DNA from: Macrostomum lignano
Lineage: Eukaryota
DNA: 64,000 nucleotides
Direction of reading: 5' to 3'
Assembly (NCBI GenBank): GCA_002269645.1
Contig: NIVC01003841.1
Location: 10,341-74,340 of the forward strand
In this document: positions 46,846 through 60,600 of the stretch, piece by piece
How positions within the stretch are numbered: position 1 is the first letter of the stretch
Layout of the letters: each line of letters begins with the position of its first letter
Notes under the pieces: model-generated
The model's database searches: none
What the model saw: the letters and a program-made list of their open reading frames with translations, nothing else
What the model was told of the DNA's origin: nothing
Translations under genes and position numbers: made by a program

Positions 46846-47809
46846 CACTGTTCCGCAAAATCTGGGAGCAGATGGCTACTGATCTCCATATGCTTCTCAA
46901 TAATCGAAACCATTTGAAATGTTTGCAACTTGCAGTTTAAAATTGATTTGCAATTCTCTTGCATATTTATTAATTCATTGTACGTCAGATTAGCACTGCT
47001 CACCCAGATTAGACCCTTTGAAAATTAGTACTTACAGCAGATTAGCACTGCTCTAGAAGACTAACGCAGCCCCAGCAAAAGTATCTTTAAATTTAAGTGT
47101 TTAACATCTCCATGAATCTGCATAGGATGCAATCATTATTGTCACAGGTCACAAAGATAAATTCGCTGCTTCAATGCAGGCTCGAACTGCTGACATCAAA
47201 GCATTCTGTTTGCTTCTGCTTGATACTGCCTGCCTACTGCGGCTATTGTGCCTATTGACATGTGGTCGAAATAATCTAGTTTAGCAACTTCAGCCGTTTG
47301 AAGTTAACCCCCGGAAATCGGCATTTATCCCCACAACAACCTGAAATTATCCCTTCATCTAATCCCGCAAAAAGACTGCAGTTATTTCTTAGCAGCCGGC
47401 ATTTATCATCCACTTTGCATTTTAAAACTTTTATTAAAATTAAGAATGCATACCCTCAGCGGCATAGAATGGTCCCCTTAGCCAAAAATATTTCACTTAG
47501 CAGCCGCAGAAATCCCCTAAACAACTTGTACTTAATCTTCCACAGTAAATATCCACTTAAAACTCAATAGTTAGTTATAAGCCTCAGAAGTCTGCCATTA
47601 TCCTCTAATTAGTCCGCAGTTTTCCCTCTCAGCAGTCTGCAGCTATACGCTCATACGTCTGGAGGAACTACCTCAGCAGTTTGCAGTTGTTTCCCCTTTG
47701 CAATCTGCAATGATCCCTTCGACAGTCTGCAGTTCCCCTCAGCAGTCTGCAGTCATTTCATTTTCAGTCTACAACTGTACCATTAACGATTTTCATTCAT
47801 TCTCTCAGC

Positions 47810-49030
47810 AGCCTGCAGTTCTCCTCTCGGCCGGCTCCTCAGTCTCCTCTGCAAACTGCAATTTTCTCAGCATTTTACGGCTCACTAATAAATTTTCGAT
47901 ACATATCGGCAGTTTTGAAAAGCTCAGCATTTAGCAATACCTTCAGCAGTTTTTTTCAGAATCGTCTGCAGTTTAGCAATTTCATACTTTCATGGAGCTA
48001 GGCAATATACCCATTGATGGGATCAGTACGCTCGTAATACATGTACTTGAAGCAGTTTCTACAAATCAAATTTGCTTATCGACTTGTGCCAAACAGCAAA
48101 AATACATGTAGTTCATTTAGTGTGCCTTGTTAATTAAGCATAAAAGTTTCAATTAGTCGAAGCACAAGCTAAAATAAATAATTAGTTCAATTTTAATTGT
48201 CCGCTGCGAGGTAGACTCGAACCTGGGACCTTACGCCTATCCTAAAACTGGTCCTAGTGCCTACAGTGCGGCTACTCCGCCTATTGATCGGAGGGCGACA
48301 GAATCAGCCATATATGCTTTGGCACTGCAGTCAAATACACAGCAGTGATAGGCTGCTCAGTGCACGGGTTGTATGCAGGCAGAGCCAATGCGCAGTTAAG
48401 TGAAATCTATAAATTAGATTTAAGTCTGGAGGAGCTAATTCACAGTCTGCAGTTCTTCTGTGGCCGGCACCTCAGTCCCCTCAGAAAACTGCAATTTGCT
48501 CAGAATTGTACGGCTCACTAATCAATTTTCGATACATATCGGCAGTCTTGAAAAGCTCAGCATTTAGCAGCATTTTCTGCAGTTTAGTAATTTCGTACTT
48601 TTATGGAGCTAGACAATACCCATTGATGGGATCAGTTATACTCGAAGCAGTTTTTACAAATCAAATTTGATTTGTGGCTTGTGCCGAGTAGCAAAAAATG
48701 AATTGCTAATTAATAAAAAAATGTTTCAATTGAAATTAAATAAAAAATGTTTCAATTAGTCCAGGCACAAGCTATAAATTATTGAATTATTTGAATTTTT
48801 ATTATCCGCCGGGGAGGCAGACTCGAACCTTGGACCTTACGTCTAGCCTAAACCTAGTCCTAAGTGCCTACACTGCGGCTACTCCGCCTATTGATGGGAG
48901 GACAACAAAATCAGCCATATATGCTTCAGAACTGCAGTTAAAATACATAGCAGTGATAGGCTGCTCAGTGTGTAGGCGTGCAGGCGGAGCCAATGCACAG
49001 TTGATTGAGTGAAATCTATAAATAGCAATT
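47810..49030. repeat. About 630 bp tandem duplication, each copy with a minus-strand tRNA-like (SINE-head) segment at 48208-48281 and 48812-48888
   Basis: Shared blocks ACGGCTCACTAAT..TTTTCGATACATATCGGCAGT and CCCATTGATGGGATCAGT. Minus strand reads GGCGGAGTAGCCGCAGTGTAGG...GGTTCGAGTCTGCC (A/B-box-like). Confidence 0.75.
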
Positions 49031-49164
49031 TTCTATGGAGTCCGCCAGTCAGAGCCAGGGTCAGAATGTACACACGCAGCCACTGAGCATTTTTTCTCCT
49101 TGCACACTGCAACCAGTATTGAAGCTTACACAGTGGAGAGAGAAAAGTTATGGTGCAATCATAA

Positions 49165-50216
49165 TTGGAATTGGAATTCAGCCAGTCAAGAATTCAACCT
49201 AGTTTGCATTCTTTCTTGCATTCTTGCATTGTTGTGATGCAATCTTTATCAAAATCAGAATTCAGTCAGTCGGTTTTTTCTCTAGCATTCTTACATCGCA
49301 TTTCAAGTCGAAAGAGCTGCTTGACCTTTGCAAAAAAGCATGTTTTTCGAATATTTAATCCCTTTAGCATTGAAGCAGATACAAGAAATTTTAACCGTCT
49401 TCTTTCCAGACAATTTTGAATCTTTTGGCGAAAACACGATCAAAATCGGTGAAGAATTGCGATCTCTAGAGCGTTATGGACAAGCATTCAAACATACAAA
49501 CCTTAGAGATTTAGTATATTTAGACTAGCTAATTAGAGCTGGCTGCCAGCAGCCAGAATAATTTTTTTATTGCCCCCCTTTAAGTGGAGCGGAGTGAGTT
49601 TTCTTATCAGTTGGCTCTGGCGCAATCAATTAAAATTGACTGTGAAGTTTCTCGCTGATAAAATTTGCATTAAAAAAGGCCATTTAAAACAGTTTTTCGA
49701 ATATTTAATCCCTTAAGCATTGAAGCAGATTAAAGAAATTTTAACCGTCTTCTTTCCAGACAATTTTAAATCTTTTGGCGAAAACGCGATGAAAATCGGT
49801 GAAGAATTGCAGTCTCTAGAGCGTTATGGACATTCATACAAACAAACCTTAGAGATTTAGTATATTTAGACTAGCTAATTAGAGCTGGCTGCCAGCAGCC
49901 AGAATAGTTTTTTTATTGCCCCCCTTTAAGTGGAGCGGCGTGAGTTTTCTTATCAGTTGGCTCTGGCGCAATCAATTAAAATTGACTGTGAAGTTTCTCG
50001 CTGATAAAATTTGCATTGAAAAAGGCCATTTAAAACAGTTTTTCGAATATTTAATCCCTTTAGCATTGAAGCAGATACAAGAAATTTTAACCATACAATC
50101 CCAGGCTGTTCACAAATCTTTTGGCGAAAACGCGATCAAAATCGGTGAAGAATTGCAGTCTCTAGAGCGTTATGGACAAACATACAAACAAACCTTAGAG
50201 ATTTAGTATATTTAGA
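49165..50216 (-). mobile_element. Tandem array of 346 bp non-autonomous Helitrons (full units 49525-49870 and 49871-50216, plus a chimeric unit upstream)
   Basis: Each unit starts TCTAAATATACTAAATCTCTAAGGTTTGTTTGTATG and ends CTGGCTGCTGGCAGCCAG-CTCTAATTAG-CTAG on the minus strand. Junctions are exact CTAG|TC, and the outer 5' end is A|TC. Confidence 0.9.
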
Positions 50217-50234
50217 TTTAGATTAGAAGATAGA

Positions 50235-53200
50235 CGAGGCCAACTCCTCCTCTGGAGGAGAAAGGGGAAGAATTCCCATCACCGGAACTCCATTCCCTGA
50301 AATGCCATTCCCTGAATCCCATCATACAACTCCTCTCCGCGAAACTGAACATCATCGAAATCTTCTCCGTAAAAGAGAACTCCATCAAACACCTCTCCGT
50401 GAAACTGACATTCATCAAAGTCCCCTCCGAGAAATAGAAATCCTCTCCGTGAAACTGGACTCCATGGAAATCCTCTCCGTGAAACTGACATTCATCAAAA
50501 TCCCCTCCGAGAAACAGAAATCCTCTCCGTGAAACTGGACTCCATGGAAATCCTCTCCGTGAAACTGACATTCATCAAAATCCCCTCCGAGAAACAGAAA
50601 TCCTCTCCGTGAAACTGGACTCCATGGAAATCCTCTCCGTGAAACTGACATCCATCAAAATCGTCTCCGCGAAACAGAAATTCTCTCCATTAAACTGGAC
50701 TGAATCGAAATTTTCTCCGTAAAAAAGAATCAACTCTCAGGATTTAGTGGTTAGGGTTAGGGTTAGGGTTAGAGCTACAACGCAGCAGCGTGTTGAACCA
50801 ATTGAATTAATTGAATGCGCAACCGATTTCACAGTCAGTCAGTATCAGTCTCGTTAAAAGTTAACAAAAAGATTGCGCAAACTAAATCAACCCTCCAATA
50901 CACAGCGACTGACCCCCTTCCAATACGCAGTGGCAATTAAAAGTTGAACCCCCCCTCCCACCAACTGTTGGGGGTTGGTCGAACCCCCATTGAACTCCAA
51001 AATGAGTACACTGCCGAAAGTTAAAAGTATGGAAATCGTTTTTTAAATGCTGTGCTTTTTGTTTTCACATTTAAAGCAAACAACTTATATCCCCGAACTC
51101 AGTATTGCAAGATCTTTCCAGTAATATAAGTCTCTCCTCTGAAAGTTTAAAACTCGAGGAACAGTTAGCGCTTGAAATTTCCTGATTTAAAGCATTAAAG
51201 TATCGAGTGTACGTTCACAGCCTGCTAAAGAGGCTCGCAAGTTTATTCATTAAATTTTACTGCCCCGCAAATACACATGGCTGCCTATTGAATGCCGCCG
51301 ATAATAAAACCAATTAAATCTCGACACAGTCCTAGCTATCTCCTTACACTGTACAACTGCTATGTACACTCAGCCCAAGCCCAACCCCCTCCCATTCCGG
51401 GGGAATCGTTAAATTTAATTGAACCCCCCAACACGCGGGGGGGGTTATTTGCATTGAACGCGGAACACGCGCACCCACCACCCCTCAATACACGGCGGCC
51501 CGCGGGCGGAGGTTGGGGTGGCTATTTTTACAAACTGGCTGCAGCCCCAGGCAGAGTGGCCAAAGAAGGTTATTGAGGGTTAAAAAAACAGTTTTCTGCT
51601 TTTTTAGGGATCTTAAAATGTAAAAATGAAAGATTAAAATAGCTATAAACCCAATCCGGAAAATTTGCAGTTTTCCCATATAAGTTTCAACGCTGACTTG
51701 CCAGTAGTTTAGGAGAAAAATTGCAACACACAAACAAACATCGCACCACTTTTAGTATTAACGAGTGGAACTCCTCCTTCGGAGGAGAAAGGGGAAGAAC
51801 TCGCATCACCGGAATTCCATTCCCTGAATTATCCATCAACTGAAATTCCATGTCTTGAACCCCATCTTCCAAATCGTCTCCAAATTCTTTACAAAACCTT
51901 TCAAAGACCATAGCTCTCATATCTACTCTCTCCTCTCTTCGCTATTATCGTGACTCGCTTCTCTCTCCTCTCTCTCATCTCATCTCTACCCCTACTCTCT
52001 TATTTATCTCTACTCCCTTATTTATCTCTACTCCCTTATTTATCCCTTATTTATTCTCCCTCTCCTGTCTACTCTCCTATCTTCTATCTTATCTCTCCCC
52101 TTTTCTCTCCTCTCTCATATATCATCTCTAATCACTTATCTATCGTCTCCGCTCTACTTTCTCTCTTCCCTTTTCTCTCCTCTCTCTGCTCTCATTTCTC
52201 GTATCTCTTATACGCTCTCAACCTCTCCTTTCTTATCTCCCATTTTTCTTCCCTCCTTTCTACTGCATCACCTGTCTCCTCTCCTCTCTTTTTTCTCCTC
52301 TCCATTCTCTCTTCTCTCCTCTCATCTCCCCTCATCTCTTATCTAATCTCTAATCTCTTCTCCCTCATATCTCTTCTCTACTCACTTATCTATTCTCTCT
52401 CCTCTGCTCCCCTTTTACACTTTCCTATATGCTCTCACACTCACCCTCTCCTTTCTTATCTCCTGTTTTTTACACTCCTTTCTACTACCTGTCTCCTCTC
52501 GTTTCTCTCCTCTCTGCACTCTCATCTTTACCCTCTTCTTTCTCCTCACTACTTTCTTCTCTTAAATCTCTGATCTCTGATCTTTCATCTCTCTTCTCTC
52601 ACCTCTCTCCTCTCTTGCCTCTCTTCTATTGGCTCTGTACGCTCTTATCCCTCCTTTCTTTTCTCTCCTGTCTCCTCTCTGCTATCTCATATCTCCTCTC
52701 TGATATCCTCTCCCTTCATCTCCTCTCTCCTCTTCTCTTCTCTCTCCTTTGTTCCCGCCTTACTCCCCTCTTCTCTCCCATCTGTCATGTCTAATTTCTC
52801 CACTCATTTCTACTCTGTTTTCTATCATCTCATCTCTCTCCTCTCTCCTCTCTCTCTTCTCCTTTCGCTTCTCTCTCCTCTCTCTCCTCTCATCTCTACT
52901 ACCTTATTTATATCTTCTCCCTGGTCTTTTGTCTCTACTCTCTCCTGTCTCCTTTCTCCCCTCTTTTCTCCTCTCTTCTCTCTCCTCTCTCCCCTCCTCT
53001 CTCATCTCTCATCTCCTCATCTCACTCTTTCTTTCTCCTCTACTCTCCCCTCTCTTCTATTTCCTCTGTACGCTCTTATCCCTCATCTATTCTCTCTCCT
53101 ATCATCTCTCTTGTCTCTCTCTGCTATCTCATATCTCCCATCTCATCTCCTCTCTCCTCTTCTCTTCTCTCTCCTTCGTTCCCGCCTTACTCCCCTTTTC

Positions 53201-56200
53201 TCTCCCATCTGTCATGTCTAATCTCTCCACTCATTTCTACTCTGTTTTCTATCATCTCATCTCTCTTCTCTTTTCATTCTTCTCTTTACTCTCTTCTCTG
53301 ACTTATTGAAGATGCCAAATCCATCAAGATCCTCTCCGCGAAGCAGAAATCCTGTCCATGCAACTGAAAACCATCGAAATCCTCTCCGTGAAACTGGACT
53401 CCTTCGAAATCATCTCCTTGAAACTTAAATCCATCAAAATTGTCTCCATAAAACAGAACTCAATCATAAATTATCTCCGCGAAACTGAAATCCTCTCCGT
53501 GAAGCTGAACATCATCGAAATCCTCTCCACGAAACAGAAATCTTCTCCGTCAGAATTTAAACATTGAAATCGTCTCCGCTAAACTTGACTTAATCGAATT
53601 TTTTCCGTCAAACAACTCAACTCGCCAGATTCATTAGGGTTAGGGTTAGGGTTAGGGTTAGGGTTAGAACTACGCACAGCTTCGTGTTAAAAGGCACTGA
53701 TAAAAATATTGAACTAATTGAATCAATTCATTGCGCAACCGATTTCACAGTCAGTCAGTATCAGCCTCAGGTAAAGTTAACAAAAACATTGCGCAATCTA
53801 AATCAACCCTCCAATACACAGCAGCAGTGAGAAGTTGAACCCTCCCCCCAACAATCTTTGCAGATTAAAGTACAATCTTTGCAGAAAGTTAAAAGTATGG
53901 AAATCGTTTTTCAAATGCTGTGCTTTTTCTTTTCATATTTAAAGCAAACAACTTATATCCCCGAACTCAGCGTTGCAAGATCTTGCCAGCAATATAAGTT
54001 TCTCCTCTCAAAGTTTAAAACTCGAGGAACAGTTAGCGTTTGAAACTGTCTGATTTATAGCATTGAAGTATCGAGTGTACGTTCACTGCCTGCTTGCAAG
54101 ATGATGCATTGAATTTCAATGTCCAACAAATACACAGGACTGCCCATTGAAAGGCAGGAAAACTTATCAGTAGCCATATCATTGCGCAATTATCTATAAA
54201 GTCAGCCAGTGAGCCAGGGTCCAAGTGTACACACGCAGCCACTGAGAACGCTCCCACCCCCGACTGGAAAGAAAATACACTACAGAGATAGGGAAAAGTT
54301 GTGGCGCAATCACTAAAAATTCATGCATTTTTCAGCTCCAAGCAGAAAGAGAGGGGACAATTAAGATTATCAAAGGTCAAGATTCAAGTTTTCTGCTTTT
54401 TTGAGGATCTTAGAAATTAAAATTTCAAAATTAAAATAGCCTATAGCCGACCTCGGATAATTTCCAATCTTCCCATATAAGTTTCAACGCTGAGTTGGCA
54501 CTATTCAAGGAGGAGTTGTCGAAATGACAGACAGACACACAGACAGACAGACAAACAACGCGTCAACTTTAGTATATACGAGTGGAACTCCTCCTTCGGA
54601 GGAGAAAGGGGAAGAACTCCCATCACCGGAATTCCATTCCCTGAAATATCCACCAACTGAAATTGCATTTCTTGAACCCTATTTTCCCAATCGTCTCCAA
54701 ATTCTTTACAAAACCTTTCAAAGACCATGGCTCAAAGACTCTCACGTCTCTGATATCTCCTCTCTCCTCTCTTTGCTATTATCGTGACTCTCTTCTCTCT
54801 CCTCTCTCTCATCTCATCTCCACCCCTACTCCTTATTTATCTCTTCTCCCTTGTCTTTCGTCTGTACCTTCTCCTGTCTCTTGTCTCCTCTCTTCTCTCA
54901 TATCTCTCCTCTTCACTTCTGTCTCCTGTATCCTCTCTTCGCTCTTATCTCTTCCTCTTCTCTTCTCTCTCATGTCATCTCTACTCACTTGTCTATCGTC
55001 TCTCTTAACCCTCTCTTTCTTCTCTTTTCTCTCCTCTCTGCTCTCATTTTTCATATCTCATATACGCTCTCACACTCTACTTTCTTGTCTCCCATCCTTC
55101 TTTCCTCCTTTCCACTATCCCCTGTCTCTTGTCTTCTCTCTTTTCTATCCTCTCCATTCTCTCTTCTCTCCTCTCCTTGCTCCTTTCATCTTCTCCCCTC
55201 TCTTCTCTCCTCTCCTTGCTCCTTTCATCTTCTCCCCTCTCTTCTCTAATCTCTAATCTCTTCTCTGTTATGTCCTCACTCATCTCTTCTCATCGCATCT
55301 CTCATCCCTCCTCTCCTCACTACTTTCCTCTCTTAACTCTCTCATCTCTGATCTTTCATCTCTCTCCTCTCTCCTCTCTCTCTTCTCCTTTCGCTTCTCT
55401 CTCCTCTCTCTCCTCTCATCTCTACTACCTTATTTATATCTTCTCCCTGATCTTTCGTCTCTACTCTCTCCTGTCTCCTTCCTCCCCTCTTTTCTCCTCT
55501 CTTCTCTCTCCCCTCCTCTCTCATCTCTCATCCTTCATCTCACTCTTTCTTTCTCCTCTACTTTCCCCTCTCTTCTATTTTCTCTGTACGCTCTTATCCC
55601 TCATCTATTCTCTATCCTATCATCTCTCTTGTCTCTCTCTGTTATCTCATATCTCCCCTCTCATCTCCTATCTCCTTTTCTCTTCTCCCTCCTTTGTTCC
55701 GGCCTTACTCCCCTCTTCTCTCCCATCTGTTTAGCGGAATGGGCGTTCGCGCCTTCCCGCTGTGTCCCCCCGGGACAGCCCTGCAGCTAAGTCTCCCATC
55801 TGTCATGTCTAATCTCTCCACTCATTTCTACTCTGTTTTCTATCATCTCATCTCTCTTCTCTTTTCATTCTTCTCTTTACTCTCTTCTCTGACTGATTGA
55901 AGATGGCAAATTCATCAAGATCCTCTCCGCAAAGCAGTCCGTGCAACTGAAAACCATCGAAATCCTCTCCTTGAAACTTAATTCCATTAAAATCGTCTCC
56001 ATAAAACCGAAATCAATCATAAATTATCTCCGCGAAACAGAAATACTCTCCGTGAAACTGAACACCATCGAAATCCTCTCCACGAAACAGAAATCCTCTC
56101 CGTCAAAATTAAAACATTGAAATCGTCTCCGCTAACTGGACTCAATCAATTTTTTTCCGTCAAACAACTTAACACTCCGGATTCATTGGTTAGGGTTAGG

Positions 56201-57568
56201 GTTAGGGTTAGGGTTAGGGTTAAAGCTACACATAGCTTCGTGTTAAAAGGCACTGATAAAAATATTGAACTAATTGAATCAATTCATTGCGCAACCGATT
56301 TCACAGTCAGTAAGTATCAGTCTCAGTTAAAGTTATTAAAAACATTGCGCAATCTAAATCAACCCTCCAATACACAGCAGCAGTGAGAAGTTGAATCCTC
56401 CCCCAACTTTGTCTATTACGTCTCGCAAAACTGAGTACAATTTTTGCAGAAAGTTAAAAGTATGGAAATACTTTTTTAAATGCTGAGCTTTTTCTTTTCA
56501 TATTTAAAGCAAACAACTTATATCCCCGAACTCAGCGTTGCAAGATCTTTCCAGCAATATCAGTTTCTCCTATCAAAGTTTAAAACTCGAGGAACATTTA
56601 GCGTTTAAAACTGTCTGATTTATAGCATTGAAGTATCGAGTGTACGTTAACTGCCTGCTTGCAAGTTGATGCATTGAATTTCAATGTCCAACAAATACAC
56701 AGGGCTGCCCATTGAAAGGCAGGAAAACTTATCAGTAGCCATATCATTGCGCAATTATCTATACAGTCAGCCAGTGAGCCAGGGTCCAAGTGTACACACG
56801 CAGCCACTGAGAACGCTCCCACCCCCCACTGGAAAGAAAATACACTACAGAGATAGGGAAAAGTTGTGGCGCAATCACTAAAAATTCATGCATTTTTTCA
56901 GCTCCAAGCAGAAAGAGGGACAATTAAGATTATCAAAGGTCAAGATTCAAGTTTTCTGCTTTTTTGAGGATCTTAGAAATTAAAATTTCAGAATTAAAAT
57001 AGCCTATAGCCGACCTCGGATAATTTCCAATCTTCCCATATAAGTTTCAACGCTGAGTTGGCACTATTCAAGGAGGAGTTGTCGAAATGACAGACAGACA
57101 GACAGACAAACAACACGTCAACTTTAGTATATATAGACGAGTGGAACTCCTCCTTCGGAGGAGAAAGGGGAAGAACTCCCATCACCGGAATTCCATTCCC
57201 TGAATTATCCATCAACTGAAATTCCATGTCTTGAACCCCATCTTCCAAATCGTCTCCAAATTCTTTACAAACCTTTCAAAGACCATAGCTCAAAGACTCT
57301 TACGTCTCTCATATCTACTCTCTCCTCTCTTCGCTATTATCGTGACTCTCTTCTCTCTCCTCTCTCTCATCTCATCTCTACCCCTACTTCCTTATTTATC
57401 TCTTCTCCCTCGTCTTTCGTCTGTACCCCCTCCTGTCTCCTCTGTTCTCTGTTCTATCACATCTCTATTCTTCACTTCTGTCTCCTGTCTCCTCTCTTCT
57501 CTCTTATCTCTCCTTCTTCTCTTCTCTCTCATATGTCATCTCTACTCACTTATCTATCGTCTCTCTTA

Positions 57569-57665
<97 letters not shown>

Positions 57666-60600
57666 CTCTCTGCTCTCATTTCTTATATCTCATATACGGT
57701 CTCAGACTCTACTTTCTTGTCTCCCATCTTTCTTTCCTCCTTTCCACTACCCCCGTCTCTTCTCTTCTCTCTTTTCTAATCTCTAATCTCTTCTCTCTTA
57801 TTTCTCACTCATCTCTTCTCCTCGCATCTCTCATCTCTCCTCTCCTCACTACTTCCCTCTCTTAACTCTCTCATCTCTGATTTTTCATCTCTCTCCTCTC
57901 TCCTCTCGCTCTTTTCCTTTCGCTTCTCTCTCCTCCCTCTCCTCTCATCTCTACTACTTTATTTATATCTTCTCCCTCGTCTTTCGTCTCTACTCTCGTC
58001 TGTCTCCTTTCTCCCCTTTTTTCTCCTCTTTTCTCTCTTCTCTCTCCGCTCCTCTCTCATCTCTCATCCCTCATCTCACTCTTTCTTTCTCCTCTACTCT
58101 CCCCTCTCTTCTATTTCCTCTGTACGCTCTTATCCTTCATCTATTCTCTCTCCTATTATCTCTCTTGTCTCCCTTTGCTATCTCATATATCCACTCTTAT
58201 CTCCTCTCTCCTCTTCGCTTTTCTGTCCTTCGTTCCCGCCTTAATCCCTCTTCTCTCCCATCTGTCATGTCTAATCTCTCCACTCATTTCTACTCTGTTT
58301 TCTACCATCTCATATCTCTTCTCTTTTCATTCTTCTTTTTATTCTCTTCTCTGACTGATTGAAGATGCCAAATCAATCAAGATCCTCTCCGCGAAGCAGA
58401 AATCCTGTCCGTGCAACTGAAAACCATCGAAATCCTCTCCGTGAAACTGAAGAGAATCGAAATCCTCTCCGCGAAACAGAAATCCTCTCCGTGAAACTGA
58501 AAACCATCGAAATTCTTTCTTTTAAACTGGACTCAATCGAAATTTTCTCCGTCAAAAAGAATAAATATCAGGATTCATTGGTTATTGTTAAGGGTTAGGG
58601 TTAGGGTTAGAGCTACACACAGCTGCGTGTTCAAATAAAAAATGAACCAATTGAATCAATTGATTGCGCAACCGATTTCACAGTCAGTCAGTATCAGTCT
58701 CAGTTAAAGTTAGCAAAAAAATTGCGCAATCTAAATCAACCCTCCAGTACACAGAGACCGACCCCTTTTCAATACGCAGTGGCAGTTAGAAATTGAACCT
58801 CAAACTTTTGGGGCATTGAACAAAAAAATGAGTACAATCTTTGCATAAAGCTAAAAGTATGGAAATGGTTTTTTGAAACATTTTATATCCTCGAACTCAG
58901 CGTTGCAAGATCTTTTCAGCAGTATAAGTCTCTTCTCTTAAAGTTTAGAACTCGAAGAGCAGTTAGCGTTTGAAAGTTCCCGTTTTAAAGCATTGAAATG
59001 TCGCGTGTACGTTCACTGCCTGCCAAAGAGGCTCGCAAGTTTATTCATTTACTACACAGGCCGGCTATTACACAGGGCAGCCTATTGAAAGGCACAGATA
59101 ATAAAACAAAATTGATGGCGCAACTGATTTCACAGTATGTCAGTATCAGTCTCAGTTACAGTTAACAAAAAGATTGCGCAATCTAAATCAACCCTCCAAT
59201 ACACAGCGCCCGACCGCCTTCCACTACGCAGTGGCAATTAGCAATTGAACCCCCCAAATTTATCTCTGACCTATCGCAAAAATAAGTACAATCTTTGCAG
59301 CAAGTTAAAAGTAAAAGTAATAAAATCGTTTTTTGAATGCTGTGCTTTTAATTTTTACAGTTAAAGCAAACAACTTATATCCCTGAACTCAGCGTTGCAA
59401 GATCTTTCCAGCAATATAAGTCTCTCCTCTCAAAGTTCAAAAATCGAGCAACAGTTAGCATTTGAAACTTTCTGATTTAAAGCATTGAAATATCGAGTGT
59501 ACGTTCACTGCCTGCTAGAGAGGCTCGCAAATTGATGCATTGAATTTCACTGTCCGCCAGTTAGCTAGGGTCCAAGTGTACACACGCCGCCACTGAGAAC
59601 GCTCCTATCCCCCCACTGGAGAGAAAATACACTGCCAAGTTAGCAAAATTTTATGGCGCAATCACTTAAAATTCATGCAAATTTTCAGCTCCAAGCAGAA
59701 AGAGGGGACAATTAAGATTATCAAAGGTCAAGACCGCCGTTTTCTGCTTTTTTGAGGATCTTAGAAATTAAAATTTCAGAATTAAAATAGCCTATAGCCG
59801 ACCTCGGATAATTTCCAATCTTCCCATATAAGTTTCAACGCTGAGTTGCCACTATTCAAGGAGGAGTTGTCGAAATGACACACACACAGACAGACAAACA
59901 ACACGTCAACTTTAGTATATACGAGTGGAACTCCTCCTTCGGAGGAGAAAGGGAAGAACTCCCATCACCGGAATTCTATTCCCTGAAATATCCATCAACT
60001 GAAATTCCATGTCTTTAACCCTATCTTCCAAATCGTCTCCAAATTCTTTACAAAATCTTTCAAAGACCATAGCTCAAAGACTCTCAAGTCTCTCATATCT
60101 CCTCTCTCCTCTCTCTCATCTCATCTCTACCCCTACTTCCTTATTTATCTCTTCTCCCTCGTCTTTCGTCTGTACCTTCTCCTGTCTTCTGTCTCCTCTC
60201 TTCACTCTTATCTCTCCCTCTTCTCTCCTCTCTCATATGTCATCTCTACTCACTTATCTATCGTCTCTCTTAACCCTCTCTCTCTCTCTTCTCTTTTCTC
60301 TTCTCTCTGCTCTCATTTCTCATATTTCATATACGCTCTGACACTACTTTCTTGTCTCCCATCTTTCTTCCTCCTTTTCACTATCCCCTGTCTCTTCTCT
60401 TCTCTCTTTTCTATTCTCTCCATTCTCTCTTTTCTCCTTTCCTTGCTCCTTTCATCTCTCTCCTCTCTCCTCACTCTCTTCTCCTTTCGCTTCTCTCTCC
60501 TCTCTCTCCTCTCATCTTTACTACCTTATTTATATCTTCTCCCTAGTCTTTCGTCTGTACTCTCTCCTGTCTCCTCTCTCCCCTGCTCTCTCATCCCTCA

